From an uncultured Acidobacteriota bacterium (GTDB lineage: Bacteria; Acidobacteriota; UBA6911), in contig CAWEJX010000001.1 of NCBI GenBank assembly GCA_963809485.1, positions 32,001-96,000 on the forward strand: a stretch of DNA of 64,000 nt, in the 5' to 3' direction. Under the pieces are notes generated by a model. It was not told where the DNA came from, made no database searches, and saw only the letters and a list, made by a program, of their open reading frames with translations. A program made the position numbers and the translations under genes. Of this stretch, positions 31,796-42,906 are shown one piece after another (position 1 is the first letter of the stretch; every line of letters begins with the position of its first letter).

Positions 31796-32545
31796 ATGAA
31801 TGACAGGCGACAATTCAAGACGGCATTCATACTGGGCGCCGGGCTCGGCATGCGGCTTCGCCCGCTTACGGAAAAGTGCCCGAAGCCCCTTTTGGACATC
31901 GGCGGGCGTCCCATCATTACGTACGCCATGGATCATCTTTTGTGCATCGGAGTCGAGCGCTTCATCGTGAATACGCATCACTGCGCCCGGGCCTATCTGG
32001 AGAAATTTCCCGACCGGCAATGGAAAGGCGCCCCCATCCTGTTTCGCCACGAACCGGTTCTTTTGGACACAGCCGGAGGGCTGAAGAATATCGAGGATCT
32101 TCTGGGCGAAGAAAAAACCATCCTTTGCTATAACGGTGATATCCTCGCAAATTTCCCTCTGCAAAAGCTGCTGAACGTTCATGAGGAAAGGCAGTCGGAA
32201 GCAACCCTGGTCTTGCGCAGCACCGGGCCGCTATTGAACGTGAATATAAATGAGCGCAGCGAGGTCTGTGATATCAGGCATGCACTGAAAAGCGGCGGAG
32301 CCCAAAGCTGCCTGTTCACGGGCATCTATGCGCTGGAAACATCCATTCTGCAGCACATCGAGGCTCACAAGGCCGAGTCCATTATCACCACCTTTGTTCG
32401 CCGGATTGCGGAGAAACCGGGATCCGTGATGGGAGTTGTTCTGGACGAAGGCGATTGGCAGGATATCGGCTCGCCGGAATCATACGCGCAGCTGAAGTCC
32501 GCAATTGCCAAAGGAGACAATCGATGGATTCACAGGAATCGATGA
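31796..32545 (+). CDS. murU: Nucleotidyltransferase, MurU-like (MurNAc-1-P uridylyltransferase)
   Basis: AFILGAGLGMRLRPLT..CPKPL, VNTHH, LLDTAGG, NGD, W.DIGSP; coupled to an AmgK-like kinase. Confidence 0.78.
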   Translation: MNDRRQFKTAFILGAGLGMRLRPLTEKCPKPLLDIGGRPIITYAMDHLLCIGVERFIVNTHHCARAYLEKFPDRQWKGAPILFRHEPVLLDTAGGLKNIEDLLGEEKTILCYNGDILANFPLQKLLNVHEERQSEATLVLRSTGPLLNVNINERSEVCDIRHALKSGGAQSCLFTGIYALETSILQHIEAHKAESIITTFVRRIAEKPGSVMGVVLDEGDWQDIGSPESYAQLKSAIAKGDNRWIHRNR

Positions 32546-33546
32546 CTGCTTTTGCGCGGGAATCCCTGGGCATACCGCTGTCCATGCATACCGAGCTTTC
32601 GCCCTTTTCGGGAAGAGGGTCGGACCGGGCCTATTTCAGGTTCCGATATAATCACAATAAATCCGCAATCCTGGTCCATTACAGCCCCGGCCGTATCGAA
32701 AACACTTACTTCGCGGATATTGCGTTTTTCCTCCGGGAAATAGATGTCCCTGTCCCGGCGGTTATCCGCCACGATCCCGCAAATTGTTTGATCCTCATGG
32801 AGGACCTTGGAGATACGGATCTCTGGTCGCTTCGCAACGAGCCGTGGGAGAAGCGAAGCATCCGCTACCGCAAAACCCTCGAAATTGCTCACGGGCTCCA
32901 CACCTATCCCGGCCCGCGATTCCCTTCCGACCGGGTAAAACTGATGGACTCGTTCGGCTCAGAACTATACCGATGGGAACGGGATTATTTCAGAGAGAAT
33001 TTTGTTCAGAAACTTTGCGGCATTGCGTTGGATCCGGATACGAGTGAGCAGCTCGAAAAGGAGCTTAACGGGCTGGCGATGAGATTGGAGGCAAGCGGAT
33101 CCTGCCTTGTTCACCGCGATCTTCAATCGCAAAACGTAATGATTTGTTCCGAAAAGCCCTATCTGATTGACTTCCAGGGCATGCGCTTCGGCTCGTATTT
33201 CTACGACCTTGCTTCGCTGCTCTGCGATCCATATGTAAATTTCTCCCCGTCGGAGCGCAAAGAGCTTCTCCACTTCTACTACAATCTTTCCTCGAAAAGC
33301 GCGGATTGGGACGCCTTCCAAAATGCCTTTTGGGAAGCTTCAGCCCAGCGCCTGATGCAGGCTCTGGGCTGCTACGGATTCCTGGGCCTGACACGGGGTC
33401 TGAAAGATTATCTCAAGCATGTGCCCACCGGGATACGGAATATCCGTATTTGCGCCGAAAACGCCGCCTCGCTTCCGCTGCTTCTGGATCTTTGCTCCAG
33501 CTGCGAAAGATCCCTTGCCGGCCGGCGATTGGATGTAAACTCTTAA
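32524..33546 (+). CDS. amgK: Aminoglycoside-phosphotransferase-fold sugar kinase, AmgK-like
   Basis: GSDRAYFR, MEDLGD, HRDLQSQN, IDFQG, YDLASLL.DPY, QR.MQALG.YGFL. Confidence 0.78.
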   Translation: MDSQESMTAFARESLGIPLSMHTELSPFSGRGSDRAYFRFRYNHNKSAILVHYSPGRIENTYFADIAFFLREIDVPVPAVIRHDPANCLILMEDLGDTDLWSLRNEPWEKRSIRYRKTLEIAHGLHTYPGPRFPSDRVKLMDSFGSELYRWERDYFRENFVQKLCGIALDPDTSEQLEKELNGLAMRLEASGSCLVHRDLQSQNVMICSEKPYLIDFQGMRFGSYFYDLASLLCDPYVNFSPSERKELLHFYYNLSSKSADWDAFQNAFWEASAQRLMQALGCYGFLGLTRGLKDYLKHVPTGIRNIRICAENAASLPLLLDLCSSCERSLAGRRLDVNS

Positions 33547-33711
33547 TATCGCGGGAATATTCCAAGCTGCAGGTGAACCTGAATTTCCGGCAGGGATTGG
33601 CAGCAGAGCCCGGGACATGTCAGGATGGCTCGGCAGCGCCATCTCCACATGTTCGCCGGGAAATCCTGTTGAACGAAACGTATGGGAGCATCCCAAAACA
33701 GAGGTGAAATT

Positions 33712-36700
33712 ATGAATACCCGACGGCTTGCACTATTGTTTGCGCTGATCTTTGGCACCGCCGCACATTCACTTTTCGCCCAGCAGGCAGGAAGGATACA
33801 GAGTTTCTCTCCGCAGGGAGTCGCTAAAAAAATCCGGCAGGTGCGTGTGATGTTTTCCGAACCCATGGTCTCCTTCGGAGATCCCCGCGCCGGGCTGAAT
33901 CCCTTCGACATCCGCTGCACAGAGAAAGGAACAGGCCGGTGGGCAGATCCGCTGAACTGGACTTACGACTTTGAGAGGGACCTCCCAGCCGGCATTCGCT
34001 GTGAATTCATCTTCAAAAAGGACTTCCAAACTCTTGCCGGCAATTCAGTCGCAGGACAAAGCATGTTCTGGTTCTCCAGCGGCGGCCCGGCCGTTACCCG
34101 ATCCTTTCCGCGCGAAGGATCGGAAGCCATCAATGAAGACCAGATTTTCGTTCTTGAACTCGACGGCGAAGCCACCGAGCGCTCCCTGCTTTCAAGCGTC
34201 CGTTTCTCGATCGGAGGGATCTCTGAGCTGGTGGGAATGCGCATCGTAACGGGACAGGAGAAGGAAGCGATACTGCAATCTCAGTACCCCACCCGCTATC
34301 GCGGGAAGCGTCCGGATCACCTGCTGCTGATTCAGGCCAAACAGAGATTTCCGGCAGGATCGAAGGTAAGCCTGGTATGGGGAAAAGGGGTCTCTTCCCC
34401 CAGCGGCATCGCCACGGATCAGGACCAGATTCTTTCCTTTAAGACTCAACAGCCTTTCACGGCGAGCTTTCACTGCCGGAGGGAAAATGCCGCAGCCGGT
34501 TGCATCCCGATTACGGATATGTGGCTCTCATTCTCTGCCGCCGTGCCCTGGAAGACGGCTAAAAGGGCCGTTCTGACGGGTCCGGGAGGCAAAGTCTGGA
34601 CTCCCGAAACCCGGCAAGGCGATTCTCAGGAAGAGGACGACGATGTCTGGCAAATCGGATTCCGCGGGCCTTTCCCGGAAAACTCCTCCTTTGTTCTGCA
34701 ACTGCCCTCGCCGCTGGAAGATGATGCGGGACGCAAGCTCTCAAACGCGGGAAGCTTCCCCCTGGAGTTGCGGACCGATGAATACCCGCCGCTGGCCAAG
34801 TTTGCCGCGGATTTTGGAATACTGGAGCTCAAGGCCGGCGCAGCGCTGCCGGTCACTCTTCGAAATATCGAGCCCGAAATTGCCGCAAGAAGCTTCCAGG
34901 TTGAAGGGGGCGACGAGAATTTTGATCCGCTACCGCCCAGGCCCTCCGAGGAGGATCTGGATGCCGATTTGAAGGGCAAGGTCCTCAAAGTCCCTCCCGA
35001 CAAAGCCAGCCAGATGCTCGCCTGGATACGCAAGGCCTCCAATAGAAGGTGGGAGGGCCGTGACCGGTCCATATTCGGTTCCGTTACGCAGCCCAAAACG
35101 AAAACCTTCACCCTGCCCAAGCTACACGGGAGCAAGCCCTTTGAAGTTCTAGGGATCCCGCTCAAGGAACCGGGGTTTTATGTGGTGGAGATTGAAAGCG
35201 AAATCCTGGGCGCTTCCCTGCTTGGCATCTCCAAGCCGATGTTCGTTCCGACAACCGTCCTGGTGACGGACCTTTCCGTCCATTTCAAGTGGGGGGCGGA
35301 ATCTTCCCTGATCTGGGTTACGACGCTCGACAAAGCTGTGCCGGTGAAGCAGGCAGCATTGCAGGTTTGTGACTGCGAAGGAAAAATCCTCTGGAAAGGG
35401 ACCAGCGACGGCAATGGCCTCGCCCGCGTGGGCGCATTGCCCAGAGAAGGCGATCTGCCCTATTGCTCCTACAGCGCATACGGCCGCGGATTGTTTGTCA
35501 CCGCCCAATCGGGTAACGACTTTTCCTTCACACACAGCAACTGGAACGACGGAATAGAAAGCTGGAGGTTCCGGCTCCCGACAGAATGGACACCCAATTT
35601 CACCGCAGCCCATACGGTTATGGACCGCAGCCTGTTGCGTGCCGGGGAAATCATTCACATGAAGCATATTCTGCGCGGCGAAGTTTTGGCAGGATTGGCC
35701 CTGAAATCCATCGAACAGGCGCCGCGGACGCTGATCATCCGGCATCTGGGCAGCGAACAAAAATATGAGTTCTCTCTGAAATGGGACGCAAGCGGGATTG
35801 CTGAGACGGATTGGAGCATTCCACGCGAAGCGCGTCTCGGTCAATACAACCTGTACCTGAGGACTGCGGCGGATAAAAACAGGCAGAGCCGGTATGAGTA
35901 TATCGACGAGCCGGATGGCCTTCAATACACGGGATCCTTCAGAGTCGAGGAATTCCGCGTGCCGCTGATGCGCGCATTGATCCGGCCCCCCGCAACCCCG
36001 CTGATAAGCCCCTCTGCGGTGCCCGTAGATATGACGGTGAGCTATCTGAGCGGCGGCAGCGCGGGGAATCTCCCCGTCCGGTTTCGTTATGACGTGCGCA
36101 CACGGTATGTGTCCGGTTTCCCTGATTTCAGTGGCTACATTTTTTCCAACGGGAGCGTGAAGGAGGGCGTTTTCCGCAGCGATTCCGAGGAGGAAACTCC
36201 CGGTGAGGCTCCCGTGCTGAAGAGCAGGGATCTGACTCTGGACAAATCGGGATCCGCAAGGACCGAAATCGAAGGATTGCCTCCAGCCGGCAGGCCTATG
36301 GAAATACTGGCGGAGCTCGAGTTCAGAGACCCTAACGGAGAGATTCAAACCGCTTCCTCCAAAATCCCCCTGTGGCCGGCGGACAGGCTGATCGGCATCC
36401 AGCCTGATGTCTGGATGCAATCCCGGGACGCGTTTCAATTCCAGGTCGCCGTGCTTGATCTTCAGGGCAGGCCCCTGGCCGGCATTGCTGTAAAGGTCGA
36501 TGCGTTCCGAAAAAAAACATTTTCCCACCGGAAGAGGCTTGTAGGCGGGTTTTATGCCTTCGAGCATTTCACCGAAACCAGACTGCTGGGACCGATCTGT
36601 GAAGGCAAAACCGATAAGCAGGGGATTCTCCTCTGCGCCAAGGCGCCGGCAGCCTCCGGGCAAATAGTCCTGCAGGCCTCCGCGCCCGACAGCGCCGGAC

Positions 36701-39411
36701 GGCAAAGCACAGCCTACACATCCATGTGGATTGCGGGCGAGGATGAATGGTGGTTCGAGGCGAGGGATGACGACCGCATCGACCTACTGCCTGAAAGGAA
36801 ACGCTACGAGCCCGGCCAAAAGGCAAAGCTCCAGGTACGGATGCCGTTCCGCAAAGCCACTGCGCTCATCACCGTCGAACGGGAAGGAGTCGGAGAAGCT
36901 TTCGTTAGGGAGCTTTCCGGAAAGCAGCCGGTCATCGAGATCCCGGTGAAAAGCAGCTACGCGCCCAATGTTTTCGTTTCCGTGCTGGTGATACGCGGGC
37001 GGGCAGGCGGGATTCAACCAACGGCAACGGTGGACCTGGGGCGGCCCGCATATAAACTGGGGATTGCCGAACTCAATGTGGGATGGAAAGCGCACGAGCT
37101 GAAGGTCAAGGTCTCGACCGATCGCCAGATCTACAGAGCTCGCGAAAAAGCAAAGGTGCAGGTTTCCGTAACAACGCCGGAAGGCGCCCCTCCGCCGAAG
37201 GGAACCGAGGTTGCGCTGGCAGCCGTGGATGAGGGGTTGCTCGAGCTTGCCCCCAACAGCAGCTGGGATCTCCTGGATGTCATGATGGGAAGGCGAAGCT
37301 ACAACGTTCGCACCGCCACGGCTCAAATGCACGTAATCGGCAAAAGGCACTTCGGCCTCAAAGCTCTGCCCCAGGGCGGAGGCGGCGGAGGACAGATGAC
37401 GCGGGAGCTGTTTGACACCCTGCTCATCTGGAAGGCCCGCGTCCCGCTCGATGAAAAAGGGAGCGCCTGGATTGATGTTCCGATCAACGATTCCATCACA
37501 GGATTCCGCATAGTCGCCGTAGCGTCAAGCCTCGACCGCTTCGGGACGGGAACAGCGTCGATTCGGTCGACGCGCGACCTGGTCATCTTTTCCGGCATTT
37601 CTCCCGTGGTGCGGCAGGGCGACACATTTCGCTCGACATTCACGCTGCGTAACACTGCGGAAAAGGCGATGCAGGTAAAAGTCTCTGCAAGTGTCAGCGG
37701 GATTTCCGAAGCGGTTGCACCGCAGTCGATAGCGCTCAATCCGGGAGAGTCCCGGGATATTTCCTGGAATTTCACGGCGCCGGCCGGAATCGACTCCCTG
37801 AAATATTCCGTTGAAGCGAATGCCGGAGAAGGGATCCGCGACCGCATATCCGTCAGCCAGAAGGTTCTGCCTGCTGTTCCGATCCAGACTTTGCAGGCAA
37901 CGCTTACGCAGCTGGCGGGTGACTACAGATTGGAATTGGAGCGTCCCAAAGACGCCGTTCCGGGAATGGGCAGCATAGACGTTTCTCTGACACCCACCCT
38001 CGTCGGGGGCTTGACGGGGATCGAGGATTATATGAACAGGTATCCCTATACCTGTCTTGAACAGAATGTATCCAAGGCCATCGCCCTTCGGGATTCCGGC
38101 CTTTGGAACAGGATCGTGGCCAACATGCCTGCATATATGGATTCCAGCGGGTTGCTGAAGTATTTCCCGCGCATGAGCCTCGGCAGCGAAATTTTAACCG
38201 CATACGTATTGTCCATCTCCGATGAGGCGGGATGGACTATCCCTCTCGAACTGAAAGAAAGGATGATCCAGGGGTTGCGCGACTTCATCGAGGGCAGGAT
38301 CCTTCGCCGCTCAGCACTGCCGACGGCGGATTTATCCATACGGAAAATTATGTGCATCGAGGCGCTCTCAAGATCCGGCCAGGCTGAGCCGGCGATGCTC
38401 ACCTCAATCACGATCGAGCCAAACCTCTGGCCGACATCGGCTGTTCTGGATTGGTACGGCATCCTGAAGAGAATTGCCAAAATTCGGGACCGGGAGGCCC
38501 GTATGAGCGAAGCCGAACAGATCCTGCGAACACGGCTGAACTTTCAAGGCACAACCATGAATTTTTCCACCGAACGGACAGATCGGCTTTGGTGGCTGAT
38601 GATGTCGCCGGATGCGAATGCCGTTCGTCTGCTCTTGAGCGTAATGGACGCCTCCGGCTGGAAAGCCGACATCTCGAGAATTGTCCGCGGCGCGCTTGCC
38701 CGGCAGCACAGGGGGCGTTGGGATACAACGGTCGCAAACGCCTGGGGTGTACTGGCTGTGGGAAAATTTGCCAAATCCTTCGAAAAAACCCCTGTCTCGG
38801 GGAGCAGCACGGCGTCGCTGGAGGGCAGCACCCGCACGCTGGACTGGGCTGCCTCTCCGGGCGGCAAAACCCTGTCCTTCCCGTGGCCTTCCGGGAAGGC
38901 CGCTCTGGCGCTCCAGATGACCGGAACCGGCCGGCCGTGGGCGACCGTGCGCGGCAACGCTGCGATGCCGCGTAAAGAACCTTTTTCAAGCGGATACAAA
39001 ATTAGAAAAACTCTGACGGCAATTGAGCAGAAGGAACGCGGGAAGTGGAGCAGAGGCGACATCGTGCGGGTCACGCTGAACCTGGAGGCTCAGGCCGACA
39101 TGACCTGGGTGGTCGCGGAGGACCCGATACCCGCAGGATCCACAATCCTGGGAACCGGGCTGGGCCGCGATTCGGGAATTGCCGTCAAGGGCGAGAAACA
39201 AACGGGATGGGTCTGGCCTGCATTCGAGGAGCGTTCCTTCGAGGCTTTCCGCGCCTACTACGAATACGTGCCGAAAGGATCCTGGTCGGTCGAATACACG
39301 ATTCGCCTCAACAATGAAGGGGTCATGAACCTGCCGCCGACAAGAGTCGAAGCGATGTACTCCCCGGAGATGTTCGGCGAGCTGCCCAATGAGGCGATGC
39401 GGATCCAATGA
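33712..39411 (+). CDS. Bacterial alpha-2-macroglobulin
   Basis: About 1900 aa, type I signal peptide, FRVEEFR, AAVDEGLL, thioester motif YPYTCLEQ, C-terminal VEAMYSPE; followed by pbpC. Confidence 0.95.
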   Translation: MNTRRLALLFALIFGTAAHSLFAQQAGRIQSFSPQGVAKKIRQVRVMFSEPMVSFGDPRAGLNPFDIRCTEKGTGRWADPLNWTYDFERDLPAGIRCEFIFKKDFQTLAGNSVAGQSMFWFSSGGPAVTRSFPREGSEAINEDQIFVLELDGEATERSLLSSVRFSIGGISELVGMRIVTGQEKEAILQSQYPTRYRGKRPDHLLLIQAKQRFPAGSKVSLVWGKGVSSPSGIATDQDQILSFKTQQPFTASFHCRRENAAAGCIPITDMWLSFSAAVPWKTAKRAVLTGPGGKVWTPETRQGDSQEEDDDVWQIGFRGPFPENSSFVLQLPSPLEDDAGRKLSNAGSFPLELRTDEYPPLAKFAADFGILELKAGAALPVTLRNIEPEIAARSFQVEGGDENFDPLPPRPSEEDLDADLKGKVLKVPPDKASQMLAWIRKASNRRWEGRDRSIFGSVTQPKTKTFTLPKLHGSKPFEVLGIPLKEPGFYVVEIESEILGASLLGISKPMFVPTTVLVTDLSVHFKWGAESSLIWVTTLDKAVPVKQAALQVCDCEGKILWKGTSDGNGLARVGALPREGDLPYCSYSAYGRGLFVTAQSGNDFSFTHSNWNDGIESWRFRLPTEWTPNFTAAHTVMDRSLLRAGEIIHMKHILRGEVLAGLALKSIEQAPRTLIIRHLGSEQKYEFSLKWDASGIAETDWSIPREARLGQYNLYLRTAADKNRQSRYEYIDEPDGLQYTGSFRVEEFRVPLMRALIRPPATPLISPSAVPVDMTVSYLSGGSAGNLPVRFRYDVRTRYVSGFPDFSGYIFSNGSVKEGVFRSDSEEETPGEAPVLKSRDLTLDKSGSARTEIEGLPPAGRPMEILAELEFRDPNGEIQTASSKIPLWPADRLIGIQPDVWMQSRDAFQFQVAVLDLQGRPLAGIAVKVDAFRKKTFSHRKRLVGGFYAFEHFTETRLLGPICEGKTDKQGILLCAKAPAASGQIVLQASAPDSAGRQSTAYTSMWIAGEDEWWFEARDDDRIDLLPERKRYEPGQKAKLQVRMPFRKATALITVEREGVGEAFVRELSGKQPVIEIPVKSSYAPNVFVSVLVIRGRAGGIQPTATVDLGRPAYKLGIAELNVGWKAHELKVKVSTDRQIYRAREKAKVQVSVTTPEGAPPPKGTEVALAAVDEGLLELAPNSSWDLLDVMMGRRSYNVRTATAQMHVIGKRHFGLKALPQGGGGGGQMTRELFDTLLIWKARVPLDEKGSAWIDVPINDSITGFRIVAVASSLDRFGTGTASIRSTRDLVIFSGISPVVRQGDTFRSTFTLRNTAEKAMQVKVSASVSGISEAVAPQSIALNPGESRDISWNFTAPAGIDSLKYSVEANAGEGIRDRISVSQKVLPAVPIQTLQATLTQLAGDYRLELERPKDAVPGMGSIDVSLTPTLVGGLTGIEDYMNRYPYTCLEQNVSKAIALRDSGLWNRIVANMPAYMDSSGLLKYFPRMSLGSEILTAYVLSISDEAGWTIPLELKERMIQGLRDFIEGRILRRSALPTADLSIRKIMCIEALSRSGQAEPAMLTSITIEPNLWPTSAVLDWYGILKRIAKIRDREARMSEAEQILRTRLNFQGTTMNFSTERTDRLWWLMMSPDANAVRLLLSVMDASGWKADISRIVRGALARQHRGRWDTTVANAWGVLAVGKFAKSFEKTPVSGSSTASLEGSTRTLDWAASPGGKTLSFPWPSGKAALALQMTGTGRPWATVRGNAAMPRKEPFSSGYKIRKTLTAIEQKERGKWSRGDIVRVTLNLEAQADMTWVVAEDPIPAGSTILGTGLGRDSGIAVKGEKQTGWVWPAFEERSFEAFRAYYEYVPKGSWSVEYTIRLNNEGVMNLPPTRVEAMYSPEMFGELPNEAMRIQ

Positions 39412-41586
39412 GAACAGCGAAAAAACGGATCTATTGGTTCATCTACCTTTACCTTGCCGCATTCACGCTTTTTGTGGCTGCCTGCCTGGTATACCTTTTT
39501 GCTTTTCAGCCGCTGTCCGGGAATTCCCGTCCTATGAACAGGTCCGCAGCTCCCACATCCAATCCGAAGGGAACTCTGCTGGACCGCAATGGCGAGATTA
39601 TTCACGAAATGAGAATAGACAAGCGCGGGCGGCGGCTGAATTGGATTCCCGCTGAGCAGGATCTCGCCTGCCATGCAATCGGCGATCGTAGCCGCCGAAG
39701 ATCACCGGTTCTACAGGCACGGAGGGGTGGACTGGATTTCCTTCTGCGCGGCCTTCCCGGCGGTGTTTCGTTCTTCCAGGGGGGGTGGGGCCAGCACCCT
39801 GACGATGCAGCTGGCGGCCCGGCTTGACGAGGAATTGAAGCCGGAAAAAGGCCGCCGGTCGCTGCTGCAGAAATCCAGGCAGATACGGGCTGCGCGGACC
39901 CTGGAAAGCTCCTGGTCCAAGGCCCAGATTTTGGAGTGCTACCTGAACCTCGTCACCTTTCGCGGCGAACTCCAGGGCATTGCCGCGGCCGCCCGAGGAT
40001 TGTTCTCTAAAGAGCCTCAAGGACTGAATGACGTGGAGTCGATGATTCTTGCCGCGCTGGTGCGTTCGCCCAATGCAGGGATAGGCGCCGTTGCCGCGAG
40101 GGTGGACAGGCTTGCGCGAGCAATGGACTCGACCGCCGGCAGGGCAGAAATTGAGGCGGCCGTGGAATCGGCGCTTTCCCGCCCCTACAATCTGCGGCCA
40201 AAGATAGCCCTGGCTCCACATGTTGCGCAGCGGCTTTTCCAGGCCCGCGAAACTGGCGGCGGGCGCGGCAGCATCCTCCTTTCATGTACGCTGGATGGCC
40301 GGCTGCAGGCCTTCGCCGCCGAGGCTTTACGCCGACATGTTCTGTCCGCAAAATCGCTAAACATGAACGACGGTGCTGTGCTAGTGGCGGAAAACGAGTC
40401 GGGAGATATTCTTGCCTACGTCGGGAACACCGGGGATCAGGCCAGCGCTCGTTTCGTGGACGGCGTCCTTGCACTCAGGCAGGCCGGTTCGACGCTGAAG
40501 CCTTTCCTATATGCTCTGGACTTCGAGCAGCGCCTGCTCACTCCGGCCTCGCTGATAGATGACAGTCCCACAGATATACCAGTCCAGGGAGGAACCTACA
40601 GGCCCAGGAACTATGACAGCCGATTCCACGGCAGCGTGACTGCAAGAGTCGCGCTGGCATCTTCGCTCAATGTGCCTGCCGTCAAAGCCCTGAATCTTGC
40701 GGGGGTGGATTCGTTCGTGGATATTTTGAAGTCGCTGGGCTTCCGAGGCATACAGACTTCCGAGTTTTACGGTCCATCGCTTGCGCTCGGAGCCGCAGAC
40801 GTAACATTGTGGGATCTCGTGGATGCCTACCGGACCCTGGCGAACAGTGGGGTCTGGAGTCCTCTTAGCCTGACGGCCGATAAGGCGGAATCGCAGCGCA
40901 GGCAGGTTTTTTCGGCGGAATCGGCATTTCTGATATCGGACATTCTCTCGGACCGCGAGAGCCGCAGCCGGACATTCGCACTGGAAAGTCCTCTGTCGAC
41001 CCGCTTCTGGACAGCGGTGAAGACCGGGACCAGCAAGGACATGAGGGACAATTGGTGCGTGGGTTTTTCCGAGCATTACACAGTGGGAGTCTGGACAGGC
41101 AATTTTTCAGGCGAATCCATGTGGGATGTAAGCGGGATCACCGGAGCCGCGCCCGTCTGGGTTGAGATTATGAACCGTCTCCATGAAAGTCAAAGCAGTC
41201 TCAAGCCCCATGCGCCCGCCGGAATCGTGCAGCACAATGTGGATTTTGCGGCCGGCACCGATTTAAAACGGGAGTGGTTTATAAAGGGAACCGAAACGGA
41301 AGCAATCCGGCCGGCGGCCGGCGCACTGGTTTCGAGGATTGCCTATCCGACCGCAGGCACCGTTATCGCTCTGGACCCGGATATTCCTCAGGACGCGCAG
41401 CAAATGTTCTTTGAAGCCTCGCCCAGGGGAAGCAATCTCGAATGGATGCTGGACGGCCGGAGACTGGGCTCAGCCTCAGCCCTGACTCCATGGCGTCCCC
41501 GGAGAGGCAAGCATATTTTGAAGCTGGTGGATAGCGCTTTGAATGAATTGGATTCGGTTGACTTTGAGGTCCGGGGAAATTATTAG
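39408..41586 (+). CDS. pbpC: Penicillin-binding protein 1C (apparent frameshifts at 39510-39655)
   Basis: Pieces in three frames: TM helix, PSYEQVRSSHIQSEG, TLLDRNG..RRLNWIP, then AEDHRF, GASTLTMQLA, GSTLKP, SLN, KTGT; downstream of alpha-2-macroglobulin. Confidence 0.9.
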
Positions 41587-41603
41587 GGGTTTGGAGCATC
41601 AGC

Positions 41604-42482
41604 ATGCGGCTACGCAAGATTGCCTGGGCGGCGACTCTCTCGGCAGTCATTTGTCTATGGGCGCCGGCGCAGACAGAGAGGCGGAAAGGCCCGATTATCC
41701 GGCAGGTGGATCATCTTCTGATTGAGTCGGACGCACCCGAAACCCTGTTTAATCTGTTTGCCGCCACCTTGCTTCTCCCGGAAGCATGGCCCGTCACCGA
41801 CAGCCAGGGATTCGTTAGCGGCGGCGTGGGAGCCGGGAACACGAATTTGGAATTTTTCCGCTATGCCACGCAAAAGAATGCTCCGAAACGCAAGGTTGCC
41901 CAGGCGCATTATGCAGGGATTGCGTTTGAGCCGTATCCGCTTTCCAATTCGCTCCGGGAAATGCAGGTCGAGGGAATTCCCTACAGCCCTCCCCAGCCGT
42001 ATGTATCGACTCTCCCAAAAGGAACCCGGGGAGTGGCATGGACAACCGTGGCGCTACCTTCCTATTCGAAAGCCGGCATGTCCATCTTCCTTTATGAATA
42101 TAGCCAGGAGTTTCTGAAAGTGGACGTGAGAAGGAAACAGCTGGGCAACCGGCTGCTGCTGAACGGAGGCGGCCCGCTCGGCATTCAATCGCTCCGCGAG
42201 ATAATCATTGAATCCGCAACCTATGAAAAGAGCCTTTTGGAGTGGCGCAAACTGCTGGGTGCACCGGCTTCTTCGGGCATATGGCAGGCAGGCGGAGGTC
42301 CTGCAATCCGAATCGTGAAGGGCAGTCGGGATCGTATCCAGGGAATGGTTTTTAAGGTGGAATCGCTCGACCGGGCGAAGTCCTATTTGAGGGAAAAGCA
42401 GATGCTGGGACTGGAATCACCTCGCGAGGCGTCACTCAAACCACCACAAGTACAGGGATTGGAAATACGGCTGGCTAAATGA
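41604..42482 (+). CDS. Exported hypothetical protein, possible VOC/glyoxalase-like fold
   Basis: Signal peptide, VDHLLI, GNTNLEF, GIAFEP and a repeated beta-alpha-beta pattern; fold is inferred. Confidence 0.7.
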   Translation: MRLRKIAWAATLSAVICLWAPAQTERRKGPIIRQVDHLLIESDAPETLFNLFAATLLLPEAWPVTDSQGFVSGGVGAGNTNLEFFRYATQKNAPKRKVAQAHYAGIAFEPYPLSNSLREMQVEGIPYSPPQPYVSTLPKGTRGVAWTTVALPSYSKAGMSIFLYEYSQEFLKVDVRRKQLGNRLLLNGGGPLGIQSLREIIIESATYEKSLLEWRKLLGAPASSGIWQAGGGPAIRIVKGSRDRIQGMVFKVESLDRAKSYLREKQMLGLESPREASLKPPQVQGLEIRLAK

Positions 42483-42498
42483 TTTTTTAGGAGAGATA

Positions 42499-42801
42499 GT
42501 GGGCACACGAAACTTTTTTCTGCAAGGGATTTGGGAGATAGAGGGTAAGCGGAAGGTGCACACATTTGGAGCGCTTGAAGAGCTTTGCAATGCGACAGGC
42601 AAGGAATGCAACGGGATACTGGTGGATTACGACATGTTTCAGAACGTAAGAAAGGCGGACCTGTCGGACTTTGCAGGAATCTATAAGGCCGATGAACTGG
42701 ATTTCCGGCTTAAACCCGATGCTGTGGCAGTTGACAAAGGATGCATCCTTCACAACATTAACGATGGCTTTACAGGGCGGGCCCCGATCTTGGCGCCATA
42801 A
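42499..42801 (+). CDS. Hypothetical protein
   Basis: 100-aa ORF with AGGAG RBS and GTG start directly after the previous gene; no recognised motif. Confidence 0.45.
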   Translation: MGTRNFFLQGIWEIEGKRKVHTFGALEELCNATGKECNGILVDYDMFQNVRKADLSDFAGIYKADELDFRLKPDAVAVDKGCILHNINDGFTGRAPILAP

Positions 42802-42906
42802 AGGTTGGTGGGCCTATGCCTCATTACAGACCCCGTCCGGGATCAGCCTGGATAACCGCGGATCTACATGGATTGACAACCCATGTAAATCCGCGGTTAG
42901 TGTTGG

